From assembly GCA_964016885.1 (NCBI GenBank), contig OZ024742.1, positions 64,418,001-64,482,000 on the forward strand: a stretch of DNA of 64,000 nucleotides. The letters run 5' to 3'. This DNA comes from Eledone cirrhosa (Eukaryota). Positions 14,290-25,481 of the stretch are shown piece by piece. The first letter of the stretch is position 1, and each line of letters opens with the position of its first letter. The notes under the pieces are model-generated. The model did not search any database. It was not told the DNA's origin and saw nothing but the letters and a program-made list of their open reading frames with translations. Both the position numbers and the translations under genes were made by a program.

Positions 14290-14316
14290 CGTATTTATGA
14301 CAATTAATGGTATGCG
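14290..14316 (-). CDS. Putative 27-nt microexon (RIPLIVINT) of an unidentified gene
   Basis: ACAG| acceptor with a weak pyrimidine tract, strong |GTAAGT donor, phase 0-0, in frame with the 15926-15994 exon. Confidence 0.35.
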
Positions 14317-15095
14317 CTGTATGTGTATATATTACATTATCTTATATAATACGGTAGGCAAGCCAAGTAGAAAACTTCATTTTCAAATATGAAAAACTAG
14401 CAAACTTTTATATCAGTTATATATATATAGCGTATCAAATGTTTTTTTCTGGTAAAGAATAGTTGCTATTATATCAATTACATTTCATTATTGAAATTAA
14501 CTATTTAATTACACACTAATTATTGAACAAAGAAATTTATGATATTAGGTCATTTTCATTTCTTTATTTTTATTCTTTTTCTTTTTCAAATTTCGATATT
14601 TACTTCCATAATCATATTGTTTACTCCCTTTATTAATTTTAAAAGTTTTATAATATGCCTTCATCAACTTAGTTTCTGAATCGAAACGATGGCTGAGAGA
14701 CAAGTGCGACTTGGTGACATATCAACAGTTGAAGAAAGTTTCACCTAATTGTTTTGTTGCTTTTTTATTTCTATTTCTTCTCACTTTACTTTGTACTTTA
14801 AATATTCCGTTTCCTTTGAAAAGACTTCTATAAATATTCTGTAAATAATTTTCTCTTACCTTTACACGATTTATCAAGCAAATTCAACCCTCACAAAAGA
14901 CATATCAATTTCATGTGAATGTTATGTGTTTATATATATGTATATGTAGCAAAAAAATATCCGTGGATATGAAAAAGGAAAATAGTACTCGATCTAGTGA
15001 GGACTGATAGCGCTTCTTATTCTGTGTATGAACAGAAATAAATAAATCATTTATTTGTTATATATTATTACACAAATATGACCCTCCCCAAGTAT

Positions 15096-15128
<33 letters not shown>

Positions 15129-15131
<3 letters not shown>

Positions 15132-15471
15132 GATATTAAATAAATGGAAACTATATTTATAAAACCATATTTATTTCATTATATATATTTCAGGGATATC
15201 ATATTAACAATATGTTATGCCTTCTTCAGACAAAATACAATATAGACAGTTTTATAGATAAATAGATTTGACATACCGTTCAACATCGACTTGTATTTTT
15301 CAAATACAAGTCGATGTTGAACGGTATGTCAAATCTATTTATCTATAAAACTGTCTATATTGTATTTTGTCTGAAGAAGGCATAACATATTGTTAATATG
15401 ATATCCCTGAAATATATATAATGAAATAAATATGGTTTTATAAATATAGTTTCCATTTATTTAATATCGTA
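15129..15471. repeat. Perfect inverted repeat, 170-bp arms, 3-nt loop
   Basis: 15129-15298 is the reverse complement of 15302-15471. Confidence 0.95.
15363..15428 (+). ncRNA. Type I hammerhead ribozyme motif, minimal PLE-type (mirror copy on - strand at 15172-15237)
   Basis: Stem I TATTTTGT/ATGAAATA with 2 G-U pairs, core CTGAAGA, stem II AGG...CCT, GAAA, palindromic stem III TATATA, cleavage triplet AUA. Confidence 0.65.
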
Positions 15472-15925
15472 AATATACTCCAAATACTTGTTGAGTGCTT
15501 TTATATCAGTTATAAATATTTACTAGTTTTAACCCAACAATTTAAATATAACTTTCCATATATATATATATATATATAACTGGGCGAACGTATAGACGTC
15601 CGGAATGACTCGATTTGCATTGCCTCAATGCCGTGTGATATATATATATATATTGTATATATTGGTATTTTGTTTGAAAAAATAACAATATTTATAGAAA
15701 TCCAACCAAAAGTGAAGTTTCAAAATTATGCTTGGGTCATTATTGGCCCAGATTGTGTCATATTCAATAACTTCATATAACACGGAAACTTTCTCCGACT
15801 TTATAACTATAATGTAAACAATGTGTAAGGGAATATTTATATTATATATATATATAGTGACATAACCGTGGAAAACATATATCCAAACATAAGTATCTAT
15901 GTGTGAGTAAAAGTTTAAAACTTAC

Positions 15926-15994
15926 ATTCTTTTCGGTGATACATCCATCAATGGTGATATCATTGTTAAACTCCTTACTGCTCCGGGTAGACAT
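15926..15994 (-). CDS. Putative first coding exon of an unidentified gene (MSTRSSKEFNNDITIDGCITEKN)
   Basis: ATG at 15994, 23 codons, strong phase-0 donor AAT|GTAAGT, non-repetitive CpG-enriched upstream region (16020-16330) with a GC box. Confidence 0.4.
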
Positions 15995-16214
15995 AATAAA
16001 GTGTAATATTCCTTTGTCAAGTAGAGGTGCAATTCGGAGAGCGAGCGAATGGCAGAAGCAGAACCCACCATCCTATACAACTAACGACTGCAAAGGGCGA
16101 GAATTGCCCCGAGATGACACACATGACCCAGCCCGCCGCCGCAACAGCAACAGGCGTGTAACTTCGTTCCGCCGTAAATCAATACTCATGTATATATAAA
16201 AGTATGTATGTATG

Positions 16215-16249
<35 letters not shown>

Positions 16250-16286
16250 GTGTGTGTGTGTGTAAAAGTTTATATATATATAAATT

Positions 16287-16300
16287 GGTGGGGCGGGGGG
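16287..16300. promoter_or_regulatory. GC box (Sp/KLF-like GGGGCGGGG) in a CpG-enriched putative promoter
   Basis: GGTGGGGCGGGGG about 300 bp upstream of the putative - strand ATG. Confidence 0.3.
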
Positions 16301-17939
16301 TTTGAAGCCGCTGCTTCGAATTGAGAAATCACAGCTCCGATACAACGAACATGTGATTAGAATACTTAAGGAATGAATCGCTAGATAGGTTTTACGGGCA
16401 AAACCAACTGGCAGGAGAGCCCCCAGAGGTAGACCACGAACAAGATGGTTGGATAATATTCATGAATTCGGCTTGTCTCACTTGCAGAACCAGTTGTATC
16501 AATTGGAGATGGTTGCTTCTGGCAGGGCGCACTGGAAGGTGTATTTGAGGATTCTTCCCACACGACCCTCCCAGGAATAAGTGGGCGAAGAAGAAGAAAA
16601 GTGTATGTGTGTGTGTAGAGTTGACAAATTGACAAAGTTGGTAGAATGTCAGATAGAATGCTTTGCGGTATTCGTTCTTGTTCTCTATTCTCTGAGTTCA
16701 AATCAAGTTCAAGTGTTTAACTTTGCCTATCCCCCTTTTGAGGTCGATAAATAAAGTATCAGTTCACTACTAAGGTCATCTCTCTCTCTTTCTCTCTCTC
16801 TCTGAAGGAAATCAGCTGTGTTCAGGTCTGATGTTGGATGGGCTCAACTAGGTTTAAAAGCCCAAGACACGCCGTGTGTCAGGACAACATTCCTACGATT
16901 CGGCTAGTAGTTACGAGAGAATGGTGTTTGTGTATGTATAATACACACATATCCACTATAACACGTTACGTATATATATATATATATATATATTTATTTT
17001 CTGACTGATTTTGTGACGTCACTGCACACATACATACACATACACATAAGAGCTTAAAAGTTTAGTAGATTTAATGAAACAAAATTGACATTATATATCT
17101 ATTCATTAAAATACAGAGTTAACTAAAGATGTAATAATTTCAAAAACTTTGCTATGTATTCCTACTCTTCTTTCTCTTATCCCTCCCCTTCCCTCTTTAA
17201 ATCTCTTTCTTTCTTCTACCCTTCCAACTTTCCACTCTCAACTCTCTCACACTTCTACTCTGCTTCTCAGTTCCTCTAATCCTTATACCCAATCCTCATA
17301 CACACACACACTTTCTCTCTCTTCACATCTACCTTCATTACTACCACGACTATAATCATTACCATCATCACTCCCCCACTATCATAATGACTGCTGTGCT
17401 GTTACCTCGACCAATACAACCACCATTATCACTACCACCGATATTAATACTATTAATACTATGATCACTATCACTACTACCACCATCATTCCTATTCCCA
17501 TTATCACCACTAATATAATGATTTGATCACTAATACTTTGGCAACCTACAAGGAGATCGGACTTTTGCTAAAGAGCTCCAGTAACAATGAAACATGACTG
17601 AGAGTTTTCTCCCTTATCACCAAATGATATTATTTTTGTTTTACAGCACACATGCTCTTTTCTGTTTAATGTTCAGTGCAAATACTAGACATGTTTTTAC
17701 CCAACCAAATATATTCATTCAACCACATTGCTTACAGGGCTTCCAATAATCTAATCACTGGTTCATTGCATTTCTGGTTGCCAGGATGTAACTCGTGGCA
17801 GAACAAATATCACAAGGGTCATCGTTTAAGAAAATCAGTGTTTTCAAGTTTATTTGATGTGAGGGGTAGGGGTTGCTGATGTATAATGGTAAAAGGTTCA
17901 CACACATATACACACATATTTGTATATACAGAAAATATT

Positions 17940-18085
17940 TCCACACAGTTTACATCTATCAAATCATACCCATAAGGTATTTAGTCAGACTGAAACTATA
18001 GTAGAAGACACTTGACAAAAATGTTCCATGATGAGATGGAACCCAGTAATATATGGTTCACAAGTAAACTTCTTAACTTCACACC
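17940..18085 (-). mobile_element. Decayed tRNA-derived SINE (second copy near 47910-48045)
   Basis: CTATAGTAGAAGACACTTG...GAACCC...AAACTTCTTAAC shared with 47910-48045. Confidence 0.55.
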
Positions 18086-18778
18086 TAGCTAGAGCTGGTT
18101 TGAATAACAAATGTTTGTGGTACCAATGTAAAGACAAACTACTTTATGCCACTTAACAACAACAACAATTATACAAAAAAAAAATTACACATGCACAGAA
18201 CAACTCTACCAACAAAACATAATGATTTCTACTTCAGGCACAAGGCCAATAATTTGGGGGAGGGGAAATTTGATTAAATCAACCTCCAGTACTTGACAAG
18301 TACTTTATTTTATCAATCCAAAAGAATGAAAGGCAAAGTTGACCACAGTGAAATTTGAACTCATAACAACAACTATACCAACAAAAGATAAACAATGACA
18401 CATACACACAGCAACATCAACATCAAATAGACAGGGAGAAAAAATGAAGTAAATAAATATATACTGCAGTGAGGAATATTTTAGTAGAACTATGTTGCTA
18501 CATGAGGCTGTTATATGCCACTGAAGGGTTTGGGTTGTACAGTGCTTAATAGAGCGAGTTAGATTCTTACTATGAACCACCTTACATCTAGTCTGCTTAT
18601 TTCATTCTTACTTGGCACTGAGCCTAATAATTCATCACACTTACACCACCTACCATCAAGCTGTCCTTCATCACACATACACCACCATGAATATATATAT
18701 ATGTGTGTGTGTTAGGTAATTCCGAAGGAAAAGCAAAGGAAAAAAGAGTGCTCTATGTATAGAACAGAGCTATAACAT

Positions 18779-18846
18779 CTCTGTCTGATGACCGATCCAG
18801 ACGTATATTAATATTGTCTTGTATCCAGAAACCTTTGGTAATGGAG
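18779..18846 (+). ncRNA. Type I hammerhead ribozyme motif (decayed stem II)
   Basis: Stem I CTCTGT/ATGGAG, CTGATGA, imperfect stem II (GATCCAGAC/GTCTTGTATC), GAAA, stem III ACC-TTT-GGT, GUA triplet. Confidence 0.65.
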
Positions 18847-18904
18847 TAGTTATATTTTGTGTTGTTCGCTTTCTAATTAAATATATATATATATATATAT
18901 ATAC

Positions 18905-20235
18905 AGTCTCACGCACCTTAATCTGGTGGGCTCTTAGAAAACTAGAAGTGGAAGAATGGCTGGTGAGAGCTATACAAGCCATGTATAGAGGAACAGTCAG
19001 CAAGGTTAGAATTAATAATGAATATAGTGATGAATTTAGCGTAATAGTAGGGTTCACTAGGGCTCCGTTCTTAGCCCCCTCCTGTTTATTATTGTCCTAC
19101 AGGCTATAACAGGGGTTTAAGACTGGTTGCCCATGGGAACTTCTATATGCAGATGATCTAACTCTCATAGCTGAATCCATGGCTAAACTAGAGAGGAAGT
19201 TCCAAATCTGGAAGCATGGCCTAGAATCAAAAGGTTTTAGAGTCAACTTGTCTAAGACTAAGGTTCTAATATGTAGAAAGGAGAATAGGGTACAGGTACC
19301 CTCTGCGAAATGGCCATGCTCAGTGTGTAAGAAAGGAGTAGGCAGAAACTCCATTCTATGTCCCAAATGCAAATTATGGGTACATAAAAGATGTAGTGGG
19401 ATCAGAGGTAAGCTATCTAAGAATGTAGATTTTATATGTGGCTGATGCTTCAACTGCCCAGATGGTTCTATAGAAATAGTAGACACCTTCCGTTACCTGG
19501 GTGACAAAATCAGCAGTGGAGGAGGGTGCTCTGAAAGTGTAATAGCCAGGGTTAGAATGGGATGGAAAAAGTACAGAGAGCTAATACTGCTGTTGGCCAC
19601 AAGGGGTTTTCTCTAAAAATGAAAGGCAGATTGTATGGTGCATGTATACGAACAGCGATATTACATGGTAGTGAAACATGGGCATTGTGTGCTGAAGACT
19701 TGTGTAGATTAGAAAGAAATGAAGCTTGCATGCTCCGATGGATGTGTAATAGTGATGTGCACGAAAGGCGAAGCATAAACGAATTAAGAGGGAGACTAAG
19801 CATAAGAGGTATGAAATGCTGTGTTCTGGAGAGGAGATTGCGTTGGTATAGACATGTGATGCGTATGAAGGACGACAGCTGTATAAAAAAAAAAGTGCAG
19901 GGCAATGAAAATTGATGGAAGCTGCGGAGTGGGTAGAGCATGGAAAACCTGGGACGAAGTGATAAAAACTGACCTTGCTAACCTACACCTCTCTAAGACA
20001 ATGACACTGGATCGAGACCTTTGGCACCATGCAGTTGTACAGAAGACCCGACTTCATTACATACAAATCTACAGTCAGTAGGCACTTCTTAACCCAATGT
20101 ACACCCCACTCCCACACCCTCTCCCATTCTGTCCACAACAGTCCACACTGTAAGGTGGCTGTGTAGGAGACACTGTGAAAAGGCTCCCAGTCCACACTGT
20201 AAATGTGGTTGGTGTTAGGAAGAGCATCCTGCTGT
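18905..20235 (+). mobile_element. 5'-truncated RTE LINE (RT C-terminal half with Cys-rich insert) plus 3' UTR
   Basis: IWWALRKL, ELLYADDL, KWPCSVCKKGVGRNSILCPKCKLWVHKRCSG, LHGSETW, ERRLRWY.HV.R; frameshifted. Confidence 0.93.
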
Positions 20236-20254
20236 GAAAAAAACCTGCCTGCCG

Positions 20255-20318
20255 CTTTCACCCTTAACGGAATCTTCTGAAACTAGGTTAGTTTCAGAAG
20301 ATCCGTTAAGGGTGAAAG
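20255..20318. repeat. About 30-bp-arm hairpin with a 3-nt loop
   Basis: CTTTCACCCTTAACGGAATCTTCTGAAACTA-GGT-TAGTTTCAGAAGATCCGTTAAGGGTGAAAG, one-base bulge. Confidence 0.85.
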
Positions 20319-20453
20319 TAGCGATTCTTTGCTTAAACTTTAATCTGTTATTTTAATAAATATTTGCTTTACGGTTCTTATATATTTGATATATATTTAT
20401 CCTTATTATATATTTATCCCTCTTTGGATTTTAGTCTTCAAATTTATTATTAT

Positions 20454-20499
<46 letters not shown>

Positions 20500-20500
<1 letters not shown>

Positions 20501-21160
20501 GGCTGAAGTAAAACCCCAGCCAAACATGGTGACCTGGTGGTGTAACAGTACAGTAGATAGAGCCACTGAAGCCAAGAGACAGGTGTGGAAAGATTGGAAA
20601 AATGGGGGTAGCAAGGAGAGGAAAAATGATAAAGCCATGAGTCTGTCTGAGATAGTCACTAGAATGCTGAAAGCATCTGGGGAAGTAGTTAAACTAGCTA
20701 CCAGCATAATCAATCAGATAATGCAGGAAGGGGTCATACCCAATAACTGGTGTGACAGCATAATCATTAATTGCTAAAAGGGAAAAGGTGATGCTCTAGA
20801 AACGAGTAACTACAGGGGAATAAAACTAACGGATCAAGTTATGAAAGTGACAGAGTTCTAGCACAACTAACTAGGGAAAGAATCAAACTAGATGAGATGC
20901 AATTTGGTTTCATGCCAGTAAGCTTCTCTGTTTAGCTTTTGTTGATATAGAGAAAGCCTTTGACAGAGTACTTCGATGTATTATCTGGTGGCCCTTAAGG
21001 AAATTAGGTGAAGAAGAGTGGCTTATAAGAGCAATGCAAATCATGTACAAAGGAGCTGCAAATAAAGTGAGAATAGGAAGTGAGTTTAGTGATGTATTCA
21101 AGCTCCAGGTAGGAGTGCATCAAGGTTTAGTTCTTAGCCCACTCCTGTTTGTCCTAGTCC
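20500..21160 (+). mobile_element. Internally deleted RTE LINE RT fragment
   Basis: TWWCN, KGKGDAL...NYRGIKL, D.EKAFD, VGVHQG.VLSPLLF motifs. Confidence 0.85.
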
Positions 21161-21329
21161 CCTGTCCCCAGGCCTTAAGTTTGGAAGTTTGCTGTCAGGG
21201 GCAGAGAAGGAAGATGAGGGTGGATATTTGCGGGAGTGGGTGTTTGGTTTCTGTATCTGAAATAAAGAAGGTTCCCATGGTCACTTGGTAACACATGGAT
21301 CCACCCTTATATTTCCTTCTCTGCCCCTG

Positions 21330-23985
21330 ATGACAAACTTCCAATTTAGCACTATTAATGTGAGCACTATGAAAGGAAGAACAGGAGAAATTGTAGAGAT
21401 GTTAGAGCAAAACAAAAATGATGTATGCTGTGTGCAAGTGACTAGATGGAAAGGAGAGCCAGCTATACTTTGTAGACAAAAAACGGTGCTACAAATGTTT
21501 TGGGGTGGGAAATGACAATGGGCTGAGGGAGTAGGTATTTTATTAGCTGAAAAATGAGTAGATAAGGTAATCTCTGTAAATAGAGTGAACGAAAGAATCA
21601 TTAAACTTAGACTAGTCCTAAATAGAACAATAATTACAATTATAGCTGCATATGCATCCCAATCTGGGTTGTCAGACAAACTAAAAGATAGGTTTTTTTT
21701 ACGAATCACTAATGTACTACCTTAACGAATAACAGTGACTTCCTAATTATTGCATGGGACTTTAATGAACAACATTGTGATGCCTTCTACAGAGTTCATG
21801 GAGGCTATGGATTTGGCACAAGATATGAAGAAGATTTCAGGCTTCTAGAATTCTGTGACACCAATGATCTATTGATATGCAACACAAAATAAAAAAAACT
21901 CAACAACCACCTGATCAGCTATAGATCTGGTGAGCATGCTAATCAGATAGATTTTATCCTCATCAAAAGATGAGATAGAGAGACGGTTGTACACACAAAA
22001 TCCTTCCCTAGTGAGGAATGCACTTCCCAACATAACCTAGTAGTTAGCAACTTCATTATTAGAATTAGACGAATTTGGCAACAGAGAGCAATCTGGAGAA
22101 GTTGAAAGAGCCTTCAACCAGTAGCAAATTCAGAGGAATTTTGCTTGATGTTTATGACAGTAAGGAAGAACAAATAGAGACATTCAATATAGAAAAGCAT
22201 TGGGCTGCTGAAAGTGACAGACAAGATCTGTGGATGGAGCAGGGTTCCAGAGAGAGGAGGGTGATATCATGAGACTATTAAGGTCAAGAGACAGTGGAAG
22301 AAAAGGGGAAGCAGGGTACACTACCAGGAGGCCATGAGGGAAGCTAGATGACAATTATAATTTGCAAGTAGGGAAGCAGGAGAATTTAAGCATGCTTTGT
22401 GGCATGAAGACCAGAAGTGTGAGGTGTTCTGGATTGCGAGGCAGTGTGTTAGGGAAAATTGTGATGTCGATGGTGTAAGATGATAAAGGTGTAATTGCCC
22501 TTATGGACGCAAAAAGAAAGTAGCATGGAAGAACCATTATGAAAGATTACTGAATGAAGAGAATGCATGGGAGAAAGATGGTCTACCTCAAGTAGACCCA
22601 ACCGAGGGCCAAGCCGTATGAACAGCAGCAGCGTAGCAAGTCAGGAAATTAAGGATATGAAGATGGGGAAAGCAGCCAGTCTATCAGGGATCATTCCTAA
22701 AATGCTGAAAGCATCTGAGTTGGTGGATCACACCTTAACCACTCGTAATGTAAACCAAGTAATACTAGATGGTGTCATCTAGTAGCAGCATCATTGTCAA
22801 CTGTTACAAGGGTAAAGGAGATGCACTAGATAGAGAAAACTATAGAGGCATCAAGTTGATGGATAAGGTCATGAAAGTAACAGAAAGAATTATAGCACAG
22901 CTGATTAGAGACCAGGCTAATCTAGATGAGATGCAGTTCGGATTTGTGCCAGGTAAGAGTACTACAGATGCTCTCTTCCTTTTGAAGCAACTACAGGAGA
23001 AATACCTAGCTAAAAGTAAGCTGCTCTACATGGTATTTGTTGACCTGGAGAAAGCTTTTGACAGAGTCCTCCATGCCATAATCTAGTGGGCTCTTAGGAA
23101 ACTAGGAATAGATGAGTGGCTTTGGAAGGCTGTACAAGCCATGTACAGGGGAGCAGTCAGCAAAGAAAAGATCAATAATGACTATAGTGAAGAATTTAGT
23201 ATGCAGGTAGGTGTCCACTAAGGCTCTGTTCTTAGCACTCTCCTATTTATAATTGTCCTCCTGGCTATAACAAAGGAGTTTAGGAATGGCTGCTCTTGGA
23301 AACACTTGTATGCAGATGATCTCACACTTATAGCTGAATCTATGGCAGAATTAGAGAAGAAACTTCCAAATCTGGAAGCATGGCGTAGAATCAAAGGGTC
23401 TTAAAGTCAACATGATAAAGACTTAGGTCCTAGTAAGTAGAAGAGAAAACGGCCCTGATCCCCTTGGGGAAATGGAATTGCTCAGTGTGGAGGAAAGGTG
23501 TAGGTTGAAATTCCATCCTGTCTCAAATGCAAATTATGGATACACAAGAGATGTAGTTGGATCTCAGGTAGGTTAGCTAAGAATGTAAGTTTTACATGTG
23601 GCTGTTATATAGGAGCTGTAAGCAGCAAACACCCACAGGAAACAAATGTTATCAAATTCTTTGAACGTTCTGTAGAAGCAGTAGACAGCTTCTGTTACTT
23701 GGGTGACCAAATTAGCTGTGGAGATGGGTGTTCTGAAAGTACAGTAGCCAGGGTGAGAATGGGATGGAAGAAGTTCAGGGAGCTACTACTGCTGCTAGCT
23801 CCAAAAGGTTTTTCCCTCAAAATGAAAGGCAGATTGTATGATGTGTGTATATGAACAGCAATGTTGCATGGTAGTGAGGCCTGGGTGCTGTGTGCAAAGG
23901 ATATGTGAGGATTGGAAAAAATGAAGCTTGCAAACTTTGATGGATGTGTAATAGTAACATACATGAATGGCAAAGCATAAATAAA
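21330..23985 (+). mobile_element. Near full-length decayed RTE LINE ORF (APE endonuclease + RT)
   Basis: STINVSTMKGRTGEIVEMLE...DVCCVQ.TRWKG (APE), QIDFIL, YKGKGDALDRENYRGIKL, QFGFVPGKSTTDA, DLEKAFDRV, YADDL; many stops. Confidence 0.93.
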
Positions 23986-24029
23986 TGAACTGAGATTCTG
24001 AATCAGAGACGAGCTCACATATGGAAACT

Positions 24030-24106
24030 TATCTGATGATCTTTCGATTACAGAGTTCAATAATAGGTTGTTCCTCGAGCTGATCGATAGTGAAACATAT
24101 GTAATA
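24030..24106 (+). ncRNA. Type I hammerhead ribozyme motif (decayed)
   Basis: TAT/ATA stem I, CTGATGA (24033-24039), long imperfect stem II TCGATT...GATCGA, GAAA-CATATG-TA (palindromic minimal stem III, GUA). Confidence 0.55.
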
Positions 24107-24158
24107 TGTTATTAAATATGTTATGATGCAGCACTGAATCTTTGTTCCTTTTCTTATA

Positions 24159-24206
<48 letters not shown>

Positions 24207-24541
24207 AAAATGCTAAAAAAGAATTTGAAAAGCGCACCTAGTATATGGTATATATAAAGGATCTTTATAACATGTACAAAAATTGGCATACTGATTCTCG
24301 ACCATTGCGTTTGAGAATCAGCATGCAGGAGTTTTAATAAAAAAACGATTTAACCTAATAACAAATGCTTTGATAATCCAAAACAGAGAAAGCAGGCTTT
24401 GCTAACATCAATTTTTGTACATGTTATGAAGATCCTTTGGTGCACTTTTCAAACCTTTTTTTTTATCATTTTCCTTATATAACGGGATTTGTATAGAACG
24501 TTTTCTAATGTCCACACTTTTTTTCAATATATATATATATA

Positions 24542-25406
24542 CTAGCAGTGGTACCCGGCGTTGCACGGGATAAGGTATTTTGGAAGGCGGGTCGCCAACA
24601 GACCTAATTATGGAAAAACTGCATGCCTGGACAATATGTAAATAAAATAAATTGAATACTCTGATGGCTGGACAATCTTTAAGATGAAGCAGGAAAAATT
24701 AATTTTTTTTATGTGCATAAATGCCTTGAAATTTCGGGAAAATCGGCTAGACGTAACGCCTCCAAAAAGCCCTAAAAAGCTGAAAAAATGAAGTTTTTCA
24801 CCTAATGCGGGCCCTAGACCATAGAAAAGTTGGATTTTCTTTGCTCACGGTATGAAGAAGAGACTAACTAATACATAGTTACAATTTCAAGGAAATCGGT
24901 CTGACGTAACACCTCAAAAAACCCTTAAAAAGGCTTAAAAAACGCAGTTTTTCACCTAATGCGGGCCCTAGGAGATCAAAAAGTTGAATTTTGCATAACA
25001 CTCCCTGAAACATAAATAATACACATGTAAAGTTTGAAAAAAAATCGGTTGGGTACTTCTCGAGTTTTAGGGATTCACTCACAGACACACAGAGACAGAG
25101 AGACAGACATCCTCAGGGAAGTGACGTAATGCAGACAGCTAGACATGCAGACAGATATTATAAGGGCGCAACGTTATATGTATGCATCTATCTAAAAAGA
25201 GAAAGACTAAGAATTATAGAGAGAGAGATCGCTAAATCGCTTAATGTGGTCCCTAGGGCATTGAAAATTTGAAATTTTTTGGGGGGCTCAGAACACTCCC
25301 TGAAACATAATTATTACATGTGTAAAGTCGGTTGGGTGGTTCTCGAGTTTTAGGGATTCAAACTCACACACACACAGACAGACATCCTCAGTTTTATATA
25401 TATAGA
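24542..25406 (-). mobile_element. Non-autonomous Helitron
   Basis: On - strand: A|TCTATATATATAAAA 5' end, 3' hairpin CCCGTGCAACGCCGGG followed by CTAG|T; A/T insertion site, no TSD. Confidence 0.85.
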
Positions 25407-25481
25407 TAATTATATAATGTGGAGAAGGAGCACACGAGCTGGAATATATATATATATATTTATGAAATTTATTTATTTATA

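Noticed and set aside
14858-14925. Strong - strand donor AAAG|GTAAGA
   Set aside because: No clear acceptor and stops in upstream frames; could be an alternative UTR exon but cannot be supported
15903-16199. 98-aa + strand ORF over the CpG-rich island
   Set aside because: Starts at GTG, has no recognisable homology, and the splice signals favour the - strand
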